From NCBI GenBank assembly GCA_030618105.1, contig JAUXED010000001.1:16120-80119 (forward strand): a stretch of 64,000 nt of DNA, written 5' to 3'. Positions 8,219 through 17,911 of the stretch are shown here, piece after piece; positions within the stretch are counted from its first letter, which is position 1; every line of letters starts with the position of its first letter. Origin of the DNA: Bacteroidota bacterium. GTDB taxonomy: Bacteria; Bacteroidota; Bacteroidia; Bacteroidales; VadinHA17. The notes beneath the pieces were generated by a model that was not told where the DNA came from, did no database searches, and saw only the letters and a program-made list of their open reading frames with translations. The translations under genes and the position numbers were made by a program.

Positions 8219-9205
8219 CTATTTATTCAATATTTCATGCCATGCAAGTGCACTCGCCCCCATCACTGCACCTTTACTTTCGGGTATTTCGGATGGTAAT
8301 AATTTTACCGTTCCCTTAAACATAATCTGAAGTGTTTCTTCCATATATTTCCTGGTGGGTTTGAAAATCAGGTCTCCCGCATTTGCCAGTCCTCCAAAAA
8401 GAAAAACAGCTTCCGGGCTTGAAAAAGCTACTGCATTAGCAATTGACAGTGCCAGTATTTTGGCAGTATCATCAAAAGCTTCAAGTGCAATTTTGTCACC
8501 TTCATTTGCAGCTTCAGCAATTTGTTTTGAATCCAGGTCTTCGCAGGGTATTTTTCGCAATTTGCTTTCATCTCTTCTTTTACCAAGAAGTTCGTGCGTT
8601 GTTCTTACTAATCCGGTTGCTGACGCATAGTTTTCCAAACAGCCTTGTCGCCCGCATCCACAATCTCTTCCTCCGGGTTTCATAATAATATGTCCTATTT
8701 CCCCTGCAAATCCTGTATGTCCGTAGAGAATTTCACCATTAATTACAATTCCGCTTCCAAGACCTGTTCCAAGAGTATATTCTATAAAATGCTTCATGCC
8801 CCGGGCACCTCCAAAAATCATCTCACCCATAGCTGCCGCGTTTGCATCATTGGTGACTACAACCGGAACGTCAAAATATTTTTTGAACAAATCAGCCAGT
8901 GGTATAATCCCTTCCCAGACAAGATTGGGTGGATGTTCTATTGTTCCATTATAGTAATTCGTGTTTGGTGCTCCAATCCCAACTCCCATGATTTTTACTT
9001 CTTCACTTAAAGATTCTTTCAGCTTTTGCATGGTAAAATAGCATGCCTCAACAAAATCTTCAACAACCGGATATTTTCTGGTTGACACTGTGTTTTCAGC
9101 AAGTATTTGTCCTTCTCTGTCTACAATTCCAATAACACTATTGGTTCCACCAATATCGAGTCCGTATGTTACTTCTTTCATGTTTACAATAATTTTATTA
9201 TCCAT
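8219..9205 (-). CDS. ROK-family sugar kinase, copy 2 (paralogue of 3172-4164)
   Basis: DIGGTN, TNDANAAAMGE, LGTGLGSG, CGCGRQGCLE. Long stretches are shared with copy 1. Confidence 0.85.
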   Translation of the reverse strand: MDNKIIVNMKEVTYGLDIGGTNSVIGIVDREGQILAENTVSTRKYPVVEDFVEACYFTMQKLKESLSEEVKIMGVGIGAPNTNYYNGTIEHPPNLVWEGIIPLADLFKKYFDVPVVVTNDANAAAMGEMIFGGARGMKHFIEYTLGTGLGSGIVINGEILYGHTGFAGEIGHIIMKPGGRDCGCGRQGCLENYASATGLVRTTHELLGKRRDESKLRKIPCEDLDSKQIAEAANEGDKIALEAFDDTAKILALSIANAVAFSSPEAVFLFGGLANAGDLIFKPTRKYMEETLQIMFKGTVKLLPSEIPESKGAVMGASALAWHEILNK

Positions 9206-9280
9206 CTTAAATATTTTTAGTTCACTTATAACTTCTTCTCAACTTTAGTTCACTTTAAGTGCTTGTTAATTACCGATCCA

Positions 9281-9288
9281 CAAATTTA
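9281..9288 (-). promoter_or_regulatory. Candidate -7 box TAAATTTG upstream of the ROK copy 2 / sugar cluster
   Basis: CAAATTTA on the + strand, 76 bp from the ATG at 9205. Confidence 0.3.
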
Positions 9289-9358
9289 AAATATTTTCTC
9301 AATACACAGTAACCCTCTGTAATTGATCACAGGCATTGTTATTCGGGTTAAAAATCCG

Positions 9359-9391
9359 AAAAAAAACAGCTCCGATTCGGAACCGGAGCTG
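9359..9391 (-). terminator. Rho-independent terminator downstream of the M16 peptidase gene
   Basis: On the minus strand: CAGCTCCG-GTTCCGAAT-CGGAGCTG followed by T8. Confidence 0.75.
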
Positions 9392-9404
9392 CTTAAATTA
9401 TTTT

Positions 9405-12338
9405 CTAGTGCCCGAATATCTCTTCGAGTTTTATTTCTCTGATCGTACCCAGTTCTTTCAGCATGTTCATATCCACCGCATCTCTGTCGCCCAGTACCAG
9501 GAAAGTATAATTCTTCCCCGCGATATGTTCCATAAAGAATTTATCCAACTCATCCAGGGTCATCGTTTTCATAGCTTCATATACATCTTTCCTTGTATCA
9601 TAATTCACACCACGATCGAGATTTCTAATATATGTAGAATATATATTTGTCTTGGTAATCCGTTCCGATTCTATCTTTTTCATGATTGATTCTTTTGCCA
9701 GGTTAAATTGTTTTCCGGCTTTGGGCATATCATTCATCAGGTCGAGCAGTGCATGTATTGCCATTTGTAGCTTATCTGCCTGGGTTCCCACAAATCCGTA
9801 AGTAAAATGAGACCGTTCCTGTTTAGCTGGAATATTGAAAGCGGCAAACACCGAATAAGCCAGTGCTCTTGACTCTCTGATCTCCTGAAACACTATGGAT
9901 GACAATCCTCCACCAAAATATTCATTAAATAATGTTGCCTCGGGCAATAACGACATGTTCAGTTTTTCATCCTTAGACATCATAATTATGTTTACCTGAA
10001 CCATATCATAATCTACAAAATAGACTTTGTTTTCATTGGTTTCCAGTTCAACAAATTTCACAGGGTCAGGGTAAGTTTTTGGTTCTTCAGGAACTTTATG
10101 ATGCTTTTCAATAACCTGCATAATTTTTGTTAACGGCATGCTTCCATAATAAAAAACTTTGTGTTTATACGAATACAGGTCCTTTAGTAACTCTGTCAGT
10201 TCTTCCGGATCCTGGGCTTTCAGGTTATCTTCAGAAATAAGGTGTGTATAGGGTGATTTTTCTCCGTACATACCATAATTAAACAACCCACCCCACAGGA
10301 TGGAAGATTTACTCAGTTTCCTGTCCTTTCGCTTTTTCAAAATTCCTTTAACATACTCATCGTAGGCATTTTTATCGGGCTCTACATTTGCAATAACATG
10401 TTCAAGTAATTCCAATCCGGGATCAAGGGACTTTTGCAGTCCGGTAATATATACATAAGACCGGTCGTTCCCTGCATAAACACCCATACTTATACCCAGC
10501 TTGAAAAACTCCTGTTGCAGTTCGGCAGGCGTGTATTTTTCAGTCCCCAGAAAAGGAAGATAATTTACAGCAAGCGGAAGTTTCAGATCATGATTTTTTC
10601 CCATTTCCAGAATATACTGCAAAGTAAAAAGTTCATTTGTTTTATTCTCAATATATTCAATCTTTATCCCGTTATCCAGGTGATTTTGTACAATCGCTTT
10701 TTCAAAATCCACAAATACCGGTTTTATCGGCTCGGGTTGATCTTTAATAAACTCTTTATAGAATTCCGATTGCTTATCGCGGTTAATGGGGATGGGGGTA
10801 ATTTCAGGTTTTTCCACTTTTACCAGTTCATCGTTTGCTCCTGTCCGCTTATATACTACCACATAATTATCATTGTAATGTGTTTTCGCAAAATTCATCA
10901 GTTCTTCTTTGGAAATACTTTCGAGTTCATCCAGGAATTTTACTCTGTCAACGTAAGGAATATCCTTTATAAACGCATCGATATACCCCCAACTCCGGCT
11001 GAAATTATTCTCATTCCGGCGTATCCCGGATAGTTTCATATCATTAATCACCGCCTCGATCATCCACTCTTCAAACTCGCCATTTTTTATCTTTTCAACT
11101 TCATCAAGTAAAAGGTTTTTAACTTCCTCAAGTGTCTGCCCCTGTCTTGGTATTCCATAAAACCTGTGAATACTATGATCTCTCATGAAATTCGGACTAC
11201 ATCCTGCATTTATTACTTTTTGTTGCTGAACAAGGTTAAGGTCAATCAGTCCTGCCTGTCTATTGCTCAGTATCATATCTATCAGCGTTACATATCTGTA
11301 ATCTTCACTGTTATCGGCATCAAAGCGGTAAGCGAACATCAGATTGGCGGCTGATGGCCCGGTAATTTCACAAACAACCGGGCCTATAACCGGTTCTTCT
11401 TTGGGTTGGTTAATTTCAGGTAATTCGCCTGGTTCCAGTTTTCCAAAATATTTATCCAGCACTTTAATTGTCTTTTCATAATCCAGATCGCCGGATAATG
11501 CTATAGCTATATTATTGGGAACATAAAATGTTTCGGCGAATTCATAAATATTGACCATAGAAGGATTTTTAATATGTTCGGGCAACCCTATCACATCCCT
11601 GCCATACGGATGATTCGGAAACAAGTTTTTCATCAGCATCTTGTTAGCCCGGCTGTTATCACTATCCTGATACATGTTGAATTCTTCATATACGGTTTCC
11701 AGTTCGGTATGAAAGATCCGCAGAACCATATCAGCAAAACGTTCCGATTCAAGACGTGCCCATTTTTCCAATTCGTTAGATGGAATATTATTGATATATA
11801 CAGTAAAATCGTATGAGGTACCGGCGTTAGTCCCTTTCGCACCAATGCTTGAAGCCATTTTATCATATTCGTTTGTAGCTACATATTTCGCCGCTTCGTA
11901 TGATAAGCTGTCAATTTTGTAATACAACACCTCTTTCATTTTCGGATCTTCAGTCTCCCGCCTCTTTTCAAACATATCGGATATTTCCTGCAGGAGTATT
12001 TTCTCTTTTTCCCAGTCGAGTGAGGCAATTTCATCTGTTCCTTTGAACATCATGTGTTCAAAATAGTGGGCTAACCCCGTGGTTTCGACAGGATCATATG
12101 TTGAACCGGCATGGACCCCGGTAAGGGTTTGTATCCTGGGTTCGTCCTTATTAACAGAAAGATAAACCTTTAACCCGTTTTCAAGAGTGTAAATACGGGT
12201 TTTAAGAGGATCGTTTGTAATGGTTTCATACGAATACCCATTTTCATCAATGCTTTCTTTTACTTTATATTTTTCCCCTGCGCACCGGGAAAACAAAATA
12301 AAGACAAGCAACAGAATTAAAGATTGTAGTGTTTTCAT
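9405..12338 (-). CDS. M16 (insulinase/pitrilysin) family zinc peptidase, lipoprotein-type signal
   Basis: 977 aa. Has the inverted zinc motif HYFEHMMFKGT and an N-terminal signal ending FSRC. Confidence 0.85.
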   Translation of the reverse strand: MKTLQSLILLLVFILFSRCAGEKYKVKESIDENGYSYETITNDPLKTRIYTLENGLKVYLSVNKDEPRIQTLTGVHAGSTYDPVETTGLAHYFEHMMFKGTDEIASLDWEKEKILLQEISDMFEKRRETEDPKMKEVLYYKIDSLSYEAAKYVATNEYDKMASSIGAKGTNAGTSYDFTVYINNIPSNELEKWARLESERFADMVLRIFHTELETVYEEFNMYQDSDNSRANKMLMKNLFPNHPYGRDVIGLPEHIKNPSMVNIYEFAETFYVPNNIAIALSGDLDYEKTIKVLDKYFGKLEPGELPEINQPKEEPVIGPVVCEITGPSAANLMFAYRFDADNSEDYRYVTLIDMILSNRQAGLIDLNLVQQQKVINAGCSPNFMRDHSIHRFYGIPRQGQTLEEVKNLLLDEVEKIKNGEFEEWMIEAVINDMKLSGIRRNENNFSRSWGYIDAFIKDIPYVDRVKFLDELESISKEELMNFAKTHYNDNYVVVYKRTGANDELVKVEKPEITPIPINRDKQSEFYKEFIKDQPEPIKPVFVDFEKAIVQNHLDNGIKIEYIENKTNELFTLQYILEMGKNHDLKLPLAVNYLPFLGTEKYTPAELQQEFFKLGISMGVYAGNDRSYVYITGLQKSLDPGLELLEHVIANVEPDKNAYDEYVKGILKKRKDRKLSKSSILWGGLFNYGMYGEKSPYTHLISEDNLKAQDPEELTELLKDLYSYKHKVFYYGSMPLTKIMQVIEKHHKVPEEPKTYPDPVKFVELETNENKVYFVDYDMVQVNIIMMSKDEKLNMSLLPEATLFNEYFGGGLSSIVFQEIRESRALAYSVFAAFNIPAKQERSHFTYGFVGTQADKLQMAIHALLDLMNDMPKAGKQFNLAKESIMKKIESERITKTNIYSTYIRNLDRGVNYDTRKDVYEAMKTMTLDELDKFFMEHIAGKNYTFLVLGDRDAVDMNMLKELGTIREIKLEEIFGH

Positions 12339-12364
12339 TGTATAAAATTTAAAGGGTTAATTAA

Positions 12365-14209
12365 TTATTCGGTTTCCAAATCCCAGTTGATTTCCAAATC
12401 CCAGTTAGCTCTGACATCCAATTCTTTTTTGAAAAAAATCACTTTTTCAGGTTGTCTTTTCTCCTCATAGTTTCCTGTATCCCATTTCCCGTTTTTATTC
12501 CTGTCATAAATTGCTTTTAGCCTGTATTTTCCCGGGTGTAAAAAAGAAAATTCAACCCGGTTATTTTTCCAGCCGGTTTTTTCCTTACTTACTTCGCCCT
12601 TATTATCAAACAATTGAATAATCAGGCTATCCGGTATTTCTTTTAAAGTTACAATGATTTTACCATAGTAATCCAGTTTACGCATTCTGAAATCCAGCAG
12701 AAGGGTATCGTTACTGTAACCATATATGCCGGTAAAAGCCCCGGGTTCAAAAAACAATTGGTATTTGGCAGCTTCCTGCCATTTTGTACTAAATCTGAAC
12801 TTCCGGATTTGCAGGGAATCTTTTTCCAGGATATACCCGGTATTGATTTTTAATGAATCCTCAAAAAGAAACAGTTTGATTTTTGAGGTATCTATCATCT
12901 TTACCGGTGTTTCTGTCTCAATAACAATTTTCTGATTTAATTCAACTTGAGCGTTTTTTCTTATCGACGGAGTTAGTACAAGTGTTTTCTCTGTTTTGTC
13001 AGCAATCTCTCCGTTGCCTCTTTTTTTTCCGGTAGGAGCTATGTATCTTAATAAAGAGGTGTCGGTAAACGAAATATAGTTCCCTGTAGAATCTTCTTTC
13101 ATGTATTCCAACTTAAGGGTTACTAAATCAGAGCCGGACACAATAGTATCTGTAATCCAAATATTTACAGTGTCTCCAATAACGAATTTCTCCTTGATAA
13201 ACCATTCGCTTTTTGTATCAATATCTATCGGTGTTATCTCAAGTTTTCTCTCTTTTAATGGCATATTAAAAACCAGTTGTATATATTCCCTGGTTTCTCG
13301 TGTCGAATTTTTAAGGTATTGAATTGAATGGTCTTCCATAAAAAGAAATAACCGGGCATCCGGTTTTATTTCTTCTTTGTCAATTTCTGCTATATCGGCG
13401 CCTATTATATCAGCATTTGTTGTATCAGCATCTGTCGTGTCTGTATCTATTGTGTTTATATCTATTGTGTCAGCACCTATTGTATCTTTTCTCATAGTAT
13501 CCGCAAAAAATTCAGGGGGGGCGCTAACTAACAGGGTTGAATCCAGAAATGCAAATGCCTCGCCAGCCTGGTCAAAATAATGATTGCGATTGCCGTCTTT
13601 TATTGCAAATATCCTGAATGTATCTGCCTTAACATTATTTATCCTGAATTTTCCTTCTTTGTCCGGTTTTCCAATATACAAAGGAGGGGTTGTTTGTGGA
13701 ATGGTATCATCCAAAAGATCATATAATAACACCTCCACCCCTTCTTCTTCCGGCTCAAGATCAAACGCCCTTAGTACAATGCCATTTACTGATAATGAAT
13801 CCAGCCGGTTTCCTGTAGAAAAAACAAACTCGTAATCTTCAATCGGATTTCCCTCATTGTTATCTATTATGGCATCATAAAAAGAAAAAGTATAAGTTGT
13901 ATTTTTCTTTAGTTCCTGTTTACCCAGCTCAATAATAATACTCTTTCCCCTGACAAATATTTCAGGTTTTTCATCAAGCGGTGGTGAAATAACCAGTTTT
14001 TGTTGCAGATTATCAAAACGTACAAATTCATTAACCTCTATTTCTATTTTGTCTGATCCAAAATTCTTTGAATAATTATTCGGAGTGCTCTCAATTATTT
14101 CAGGTGGCAAAATATCTTTTTTGCCTCCGACCGGCGATCCGACTCGTGCACAATTTATTGTACTTAAAAGAATAATTGAGATTAATATCAGGAAAACCGG
14201 TTTGTTCAC
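12365..14209 (-). CDS. Ig-like (SbsA/Big_5-type) domain lipoprotein
   Basis: Signal plus lipobox (LLSTINC). The N-terminal PPEIIESTPNN...IEIEVNEFV resembles Big_5 domains. Lies 26 bp upstream of the M16 gene on the same strand. Confidence 0.6.
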   Translation of the reverse strand: MNKPVFLILISIILLSTINCARVGSPVGGKKDILPPEIIESTPNNYSKNFGSDKIEIEVNEFVRFDNLQQKLVISPPLDEKPEIFVRGKSIIIELGKQELKKNTTYTFSFYDAIIDNNEGNPIEDYEFVFSTGNRLDSLSVNGIVLRAFDLEPEEEGVEVLLYDLLDDTIPQTTPPLYIGKPDKEGKFRINNVKADTFRIFAIKDGNRNHYFDQAGEAFAFLDSTLLVSAPPEFFADTMRKDTIGADTIDINTIDTDTTDADTTNADIIGADIAEIDKEEIKPDARLFLFMEDHSIQYLKNSTRETREYIQLVFNMPLKERKLEITPIDIDTKSEWFIKEKFVIGDTVNIWITDTIVSGSDLVTLKLEYMKEDSTGNYISFTDTSLLRYIAPTGKKRGNGEIADKTEKTLVLTPSIRKNAQVELNQKIVIETETPVKMIDTSKIKLFLFEDSLKINTGYILEKDSLQIRKFRFSTKWQEAAKYQLFFEPGAFTGIYGYSNDTLLLDFRMRKLDYYGKIIVTLKEIPDSLIIQLFDNKGEVSKEKTGWKNNRVEFSFLHPGKYRLKAIYDRNKNGKWDTGNYEEKRQPEKVIFFKKELDVRANWDLEINWDLETE

Positions 14210-14237
14210 AGTAAATATAATGTTGTGGTGTAAACAG

Positions 14238-14245
14238 CAAACTTA
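14238..14245 (-). promoter_or_regulatory. Candidate -7 box TAAGTTTG for the Ig-like lipoprotein / M16 operon
   Basis: CAAACTTA on the + strand, 29 bp from the ATG at 14209. Confidence 0.35.
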
Positions 14246-14431
14246 CAAACTTTACAAATATTTTCACCAATAATACATGAGGAGATATTAATATTTTTTA
14301 GTTTTGCCGTTAATATTAGTGTTTGTCTATAATGTAAGAATAATAGAAATATTTTGAATATCGAATTATTCATCATAACAACTGTGTAATTAATGTATTG
14401 TCAAGTACGAAACATAAGTTAATAATTCATT

Positions 14432-15238
14432 ATGACACTTTTAGATATACCCTGGAATGTAAATCCTGAAATTTTTAACATTGGTAAATTTGCTATTCGC
14501 TGGTACGGACTCCTGTTTGCTTCCTCTTTTTTCTTTGGTTACCTTATTATGGCTAGGTTTTTCAAAAAAGAAAAAATACCGGAAGAAGTTCTTGACAGGC
14601 TAACTTTATATATGGCACTTGGTACTATAATCGGAGCCCGTTTTGGACATTGCCTGTTTTATGAACCTGGTTATTATCTCGCTCATCCTCTTGAAATACT
14701 TAAGATATGGCACGGTGGTCTTGCAAGTCACGGTGCCGGAATAGGCATTTTTATCGCGTTATATCTGTTTTCTAAAAAATCAAAAAAATCTTATCTGTGG
14801 ATTCTTGACAGGATAGCTGTTGTAGTGGCTCTTTCCGGTTTATTTATCAGAACAGGAAATCTGATGAATTCAGAAATATACGGTGTTGAAACCAGCCTCC
14901 CCTGGGGGTTTGTTTTCCTAAGGAACGGAGAAACATTGCCAAAACACCCAACACAGATATATGAGGCACTTGCTTACTTTTTAATCTTTATTCTCCTTTA
15001 CTTCATATATAAAAGAAACCAGGGGGTATTTAAATCCGGATTATTATTCAGCTTGTTCATGATATTTGTTTTCACTTTCAGGTTTTTTGTTGAATTTATA
15101 AAAACCGATCAGGTAGCCTTTGAGTCGGGAATGATGTTAAATATGGGTCAGTGGCTTAGTATTCCATTTGTTCTGTTTGGTATTATTCTGTTCATTTTTG
15201 TTCTGAAAAAACCAATGCCCGAAAAATTAGACATTTAG
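14432..15238 (+). CDS. lgt: Prolipoprotein diacylglyceryl transferase
   Basis: 268 aa polytopic protein with WYGLLFA, GGLASHG and NSEIYG-type Lgt motifs. Confidence 0.9.
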   Translation: MTLLDIPWNVNPEIFNIGKFAIRWYGLLFASSFFFGYLIMARFFKKEKIPEEVLDRLTLYMALGTIIGARFGHCLFYEPGYYLAHPLEILKIWHGGLASHGAGIGIFIALYLFSKKSKKSYLWILDRIAVVVALSGLFIRTGNLMNSEIYGVETSLPWGFVFLRNGETLPKHPTQIYEALAYFLIFILLYFIYKRNQGVFKSGLLFSLFMIFVFTFRFFVEFIKTDQVAFESGMMLNMGQWLSIPFVLFGIILFIFVLKKPMPEKLDI

Positions 15239-15462
15239 CTTAAACAAATAATTTAGCCGAATTGCTTCGTGCTTCTCGTCCGCATGCTGTCGCTGAATCT
15301 TTAGCATAGGCGCCCGAAGCGGAACGCAAAGGAGGATTAATTTTAATTACGTTATTAATAACGTTATTCTTTTATACAAAACCATCGTAAGTCAAAAAAT
15401 CTTAAATTACAGAGGATTTATTAACTTAAAAATTTCTATAAAACCAATAACCCGGATTTTAT

Positions 15463-15558
15463 ATGACAAAAACTACTGAAAAAAGATTGATTATCTTTCT
15501 AACCGGAGTACGTTTGCTTTTAGTATGCGGTATTAGTGTTTGGTTCATTGTTTTTTAG
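15463..15558 (+). CDS. Possible 31-aa single-TM micro-protein (MTKTTEKRLIIFLTGVRLLLVCGISVWFIVF)
   Basis: ATG-to-TAG ORF below the ORF-track cutoff in an otherwise empty 430-bp spacer. It has one hydrophobic helix. No other support. Confidence 0.2.
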   Translation: MTKTTEKRLIIFLTGVRLLLVCGISVWFIVF

Positions 15559-15633
15559 AAGCTTTATATTAGCAGCATAGCGCTATAAAATATTACCTTA
15601 TTCTATAGGTGTAGTTAATTAAGTTTAATTAAA

Positions 15634-15641
15634 TATATTTG
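15634..15641 (+). promoter_or_regulatory. Candidate -7 box TATATTTG
   Basis: 26 bp upstream of the ATG at 15667. Confidence 0.4.
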
Positions 15642-15666
15642 CATTAAACCGATTTGATATCAAGTA

Positions 15667-16581
15667 ATGAAAAAAGATAATATACAACCTGTTGTTGAAA
15701 AGGAACCTTTAAAACCCGGAATTACTATACTCATTATTTCTGTAGTAGTTCTTTTCCTGGCTTTTAGCGGACTTATTTACCTGTATTTTAACCAAAAAGC
15801 AGACATGGTTGAGATGGAGATTGTGCTAACTGCTGAAAAAGATTCGCTTACAAACGAATTACAAGAAATGATTATTGGTTATGATACACTGAAAACATCG
15901 AATGATACTCTTAACATAAAACTTCAGGAAGAACAAAATAAAATAAAAAGGCTTATCCAAATACAGGCTTCCAATGCCCGGAAAATACAGTTATACAAAA
16001 AAGAACTGGGTACTCTTCGTAGTGTTATGAAAAGTTATATTGTTCAAATCGACTCTCTTAATACAAAAAACAAACAGTTAATAGCCAGTAATGCTGAATT
16101 TCAAATAAAGCTTGAATCTGCCGAACGAACAAATAAACAATTGTCTGAGATAAAAGATGAACTCTCATCTAAAGTTGAAAAAGCTTCAGTTATTATGGCT
16201 AAAAACATTCACGCTGCGCCATTGAGTAACAGGGGAAAGGAAAAAGACAAAATTGATAAAATAGAAAAAATCCGTGTCTGTTTTACACTAAGGGAAAATC
16301 CTATAGTTGAACCGGGAAAAATGGACATTTATCTGCGAATAATGCGTCCCGATTCCCTTGTATTAGCTCTTTCTGCTGAAAATATTTTTACATTTCAGGA
16401 TAAACAAATGATTTATTCTGCAATGAGAACTGTTGAATACCTTAATAAAGATATTGATGTGTGCATTTATTTCAACGACAATGAACATTTTATAGTTGGA
16501 AAATATTCTGTTGATCTCTTTCTTAAAAATACCAAAATAGGCACAACCACTCTTACCCTCAGGGAGTCGGGTTGGTTTTAA
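15667..16581 (+). CDS. Hypothetical membrane-anchored coiled-coil protein with a C-terminal beta-rich domain
   Basis: 304 aa: N-terminal TM helix, ~130-aa heptad-rich segment, then a distinct C-terminal domain. A TATATTTG -7 box lies 26 bp upstream. Confidence 0.6.
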   Translation: MKKDNIQPVVEKEPLKPGITILIISVVVLFLAFSGLIYLYFNQKADMVEMEIVLTAEKDSLTNELQEMIIGYDTLKTSNDTLNIKLQEEQNKIKRLIQIQASNARKIQLYKKELGTLRSVMKSYIVQIDSLNTKNKQLIASNAEFQIKLESAERTNKQLSEIKDELSSKVEKASVIMAKNIHAAPLSNRGKEKDKIDKIEKIRVCFTLRENPIVEPGKMDIYLRIMRPDSLVLALSAENIFTFQDKQMIYSAMRTVEYLNKDIDVCIYFNDNEHFIVGKYSVDLFLKNTKIGTTTLTLRESGWF

Positions 16582-16621
16582 TTATAGGCAAATATATTGT
16601 TTAATCAATTAACTAATTCAC

Positions 16622-17911
16622 ATGAAAATAGGTGTTATTATTGGTAGAATTGGTGGGGTTGACGGGGTAGCACTTGAAGCAGAAAAATGGATCCAGGTAT
16701 TAAAAAAAATGGGGCATGAAATTTTTATTCTTTCCGGTCAGTTTCAGGATTGGAAAATTGATCGCACACACGACACCCTGGTTCCCGAAATGTCATTCTT
16801 TTCGCCTGAAAGTTTCTGGGGGCAAAAAAAGGCTTTTTTTCATCCCGACACCAATACTGCAGATTTGATTGAACATGTTTCACTTTACTCCAGAATTATC
16901 TCCGAAAAAATTATCAAGTGGGCAATCCATAATAAAATTGATGTTCTTATCTCCGAAAACGCTTCTGCACTTCCCTCCCATCTTGAAATGGGTATAGGAA
17001 TTAAACTGGCTGTTGAAACCCTGGGTCTTCCTACTATTACACATGATCATGATTTTGCATGGGAAAGAGGTGACAGATATATTTCTCCACATAAAGAAAT
17101 TAATAAGTTCGTTGAAAATGCATTTCCCTTGAGGCTTCCTAACACATACAATGCTGTTATTAATTTAAATGCGCAAAAAACCCTTAAAGAGAAATATAAC
17201 AGAAGTTCTATTGTTGTTCCTAATGTAATGAACTTTAATGTTCCGTTCGGAAAAATAACCTCAAAAAATAAAAATTTGCGAGCCGATCTGGGCCTTGAAG
17301 AAGATGATTTTTTGCTTTTTCAGATAACACGTATTGTTGAGAGAAAAGGAATTGAAGTTGCTATTAACCTTATTGACAAACTTGATAATAAAAAAATAAA
17401 GCTTGTTATTACCGGAAATTATAAAGATGATGAGGGTAGTATATACTATGATATGCTTGTCAACCTGATCCATGAATTGAAAATAAGCAGACAAATTATT
17501 TTTGCTTCTCATATTATACACAATAAGGGTCTTTCAGGAGACGGAAGTGATACACGCTATTCACTATCCGATGCTTACGCAAATGCATCTGCTTGTACAT
17601 ATTTCAGTACTTATGAGGGTTTTGGTAATGCTTTTATTGAAGCTGTTCTGGCAAAACGTCCTATTTTTGTTAATAATTACAAGCCCGTATACTGGCCTGA
17701 TATCGGCAGTAAGGGATTTAAAGCAGTAATGCTTGAAGATAATGTACTTACCGATGATGCTGTTGAACAAATGAGAGAGGTAATATTTAATAAAACACTA
17801 AACCGCGAAATTGCTGAATTTAATTATACTCTCGGAAAAAAGCACTTTTCTTACGAGACACTTGAACAAAAATTGGAGGAGTTGCTTGAAGAAGTAAGTA
17901 GTAAAAAGTAA
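16622..17911 (+). CDS. GT4-like retaining glycosyltransferase (GT-B fold)
   Basis: 429 aa with an E-x7-E motif (YEGFGNAFIEA). The N-terminal GGVDGVALEAEKW and HDHDFAWERG motifs are shared with the N-terminal half of the 1405-aa protein. Confidence 0.8.
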   Translation: MKIGVIIGRIGGVDGVALEAEKWIQVLKKMGHEIFILSGQFQDWKIDRTHDTLVPEMSFFSPESFWGQKKAFFHPDTNTADLIEHVSLYSRIISEKIIKWAIHNKIDVLISENASALPSHLEMGIGIKLAVETLGLPTITHDHDFAWERGDRYISPHKEINKFVENAFPLRLPNTYNAVINLNAQKTLKEKYNRSSIVVPNVMNFNVPFGKITSKNKNLRADLGLEEDDFLLFQITRIVERKGIEVAINLIDKLDNKKIKLVITGNYKDDEGSIYYDMLVNLIHELKISRQIIFASHIIHNKGLSGDGSDTRYSLSDAYANASACTYFSTYEGFGNAFIEAVLAKRPIFVNNYKPVYWPDIGSKGFKAVMLEDNVLTDDAVEQMREVIFNKTLNREIAEFNYTLGKKHFSYETLEQKLEELLEEVSSKK

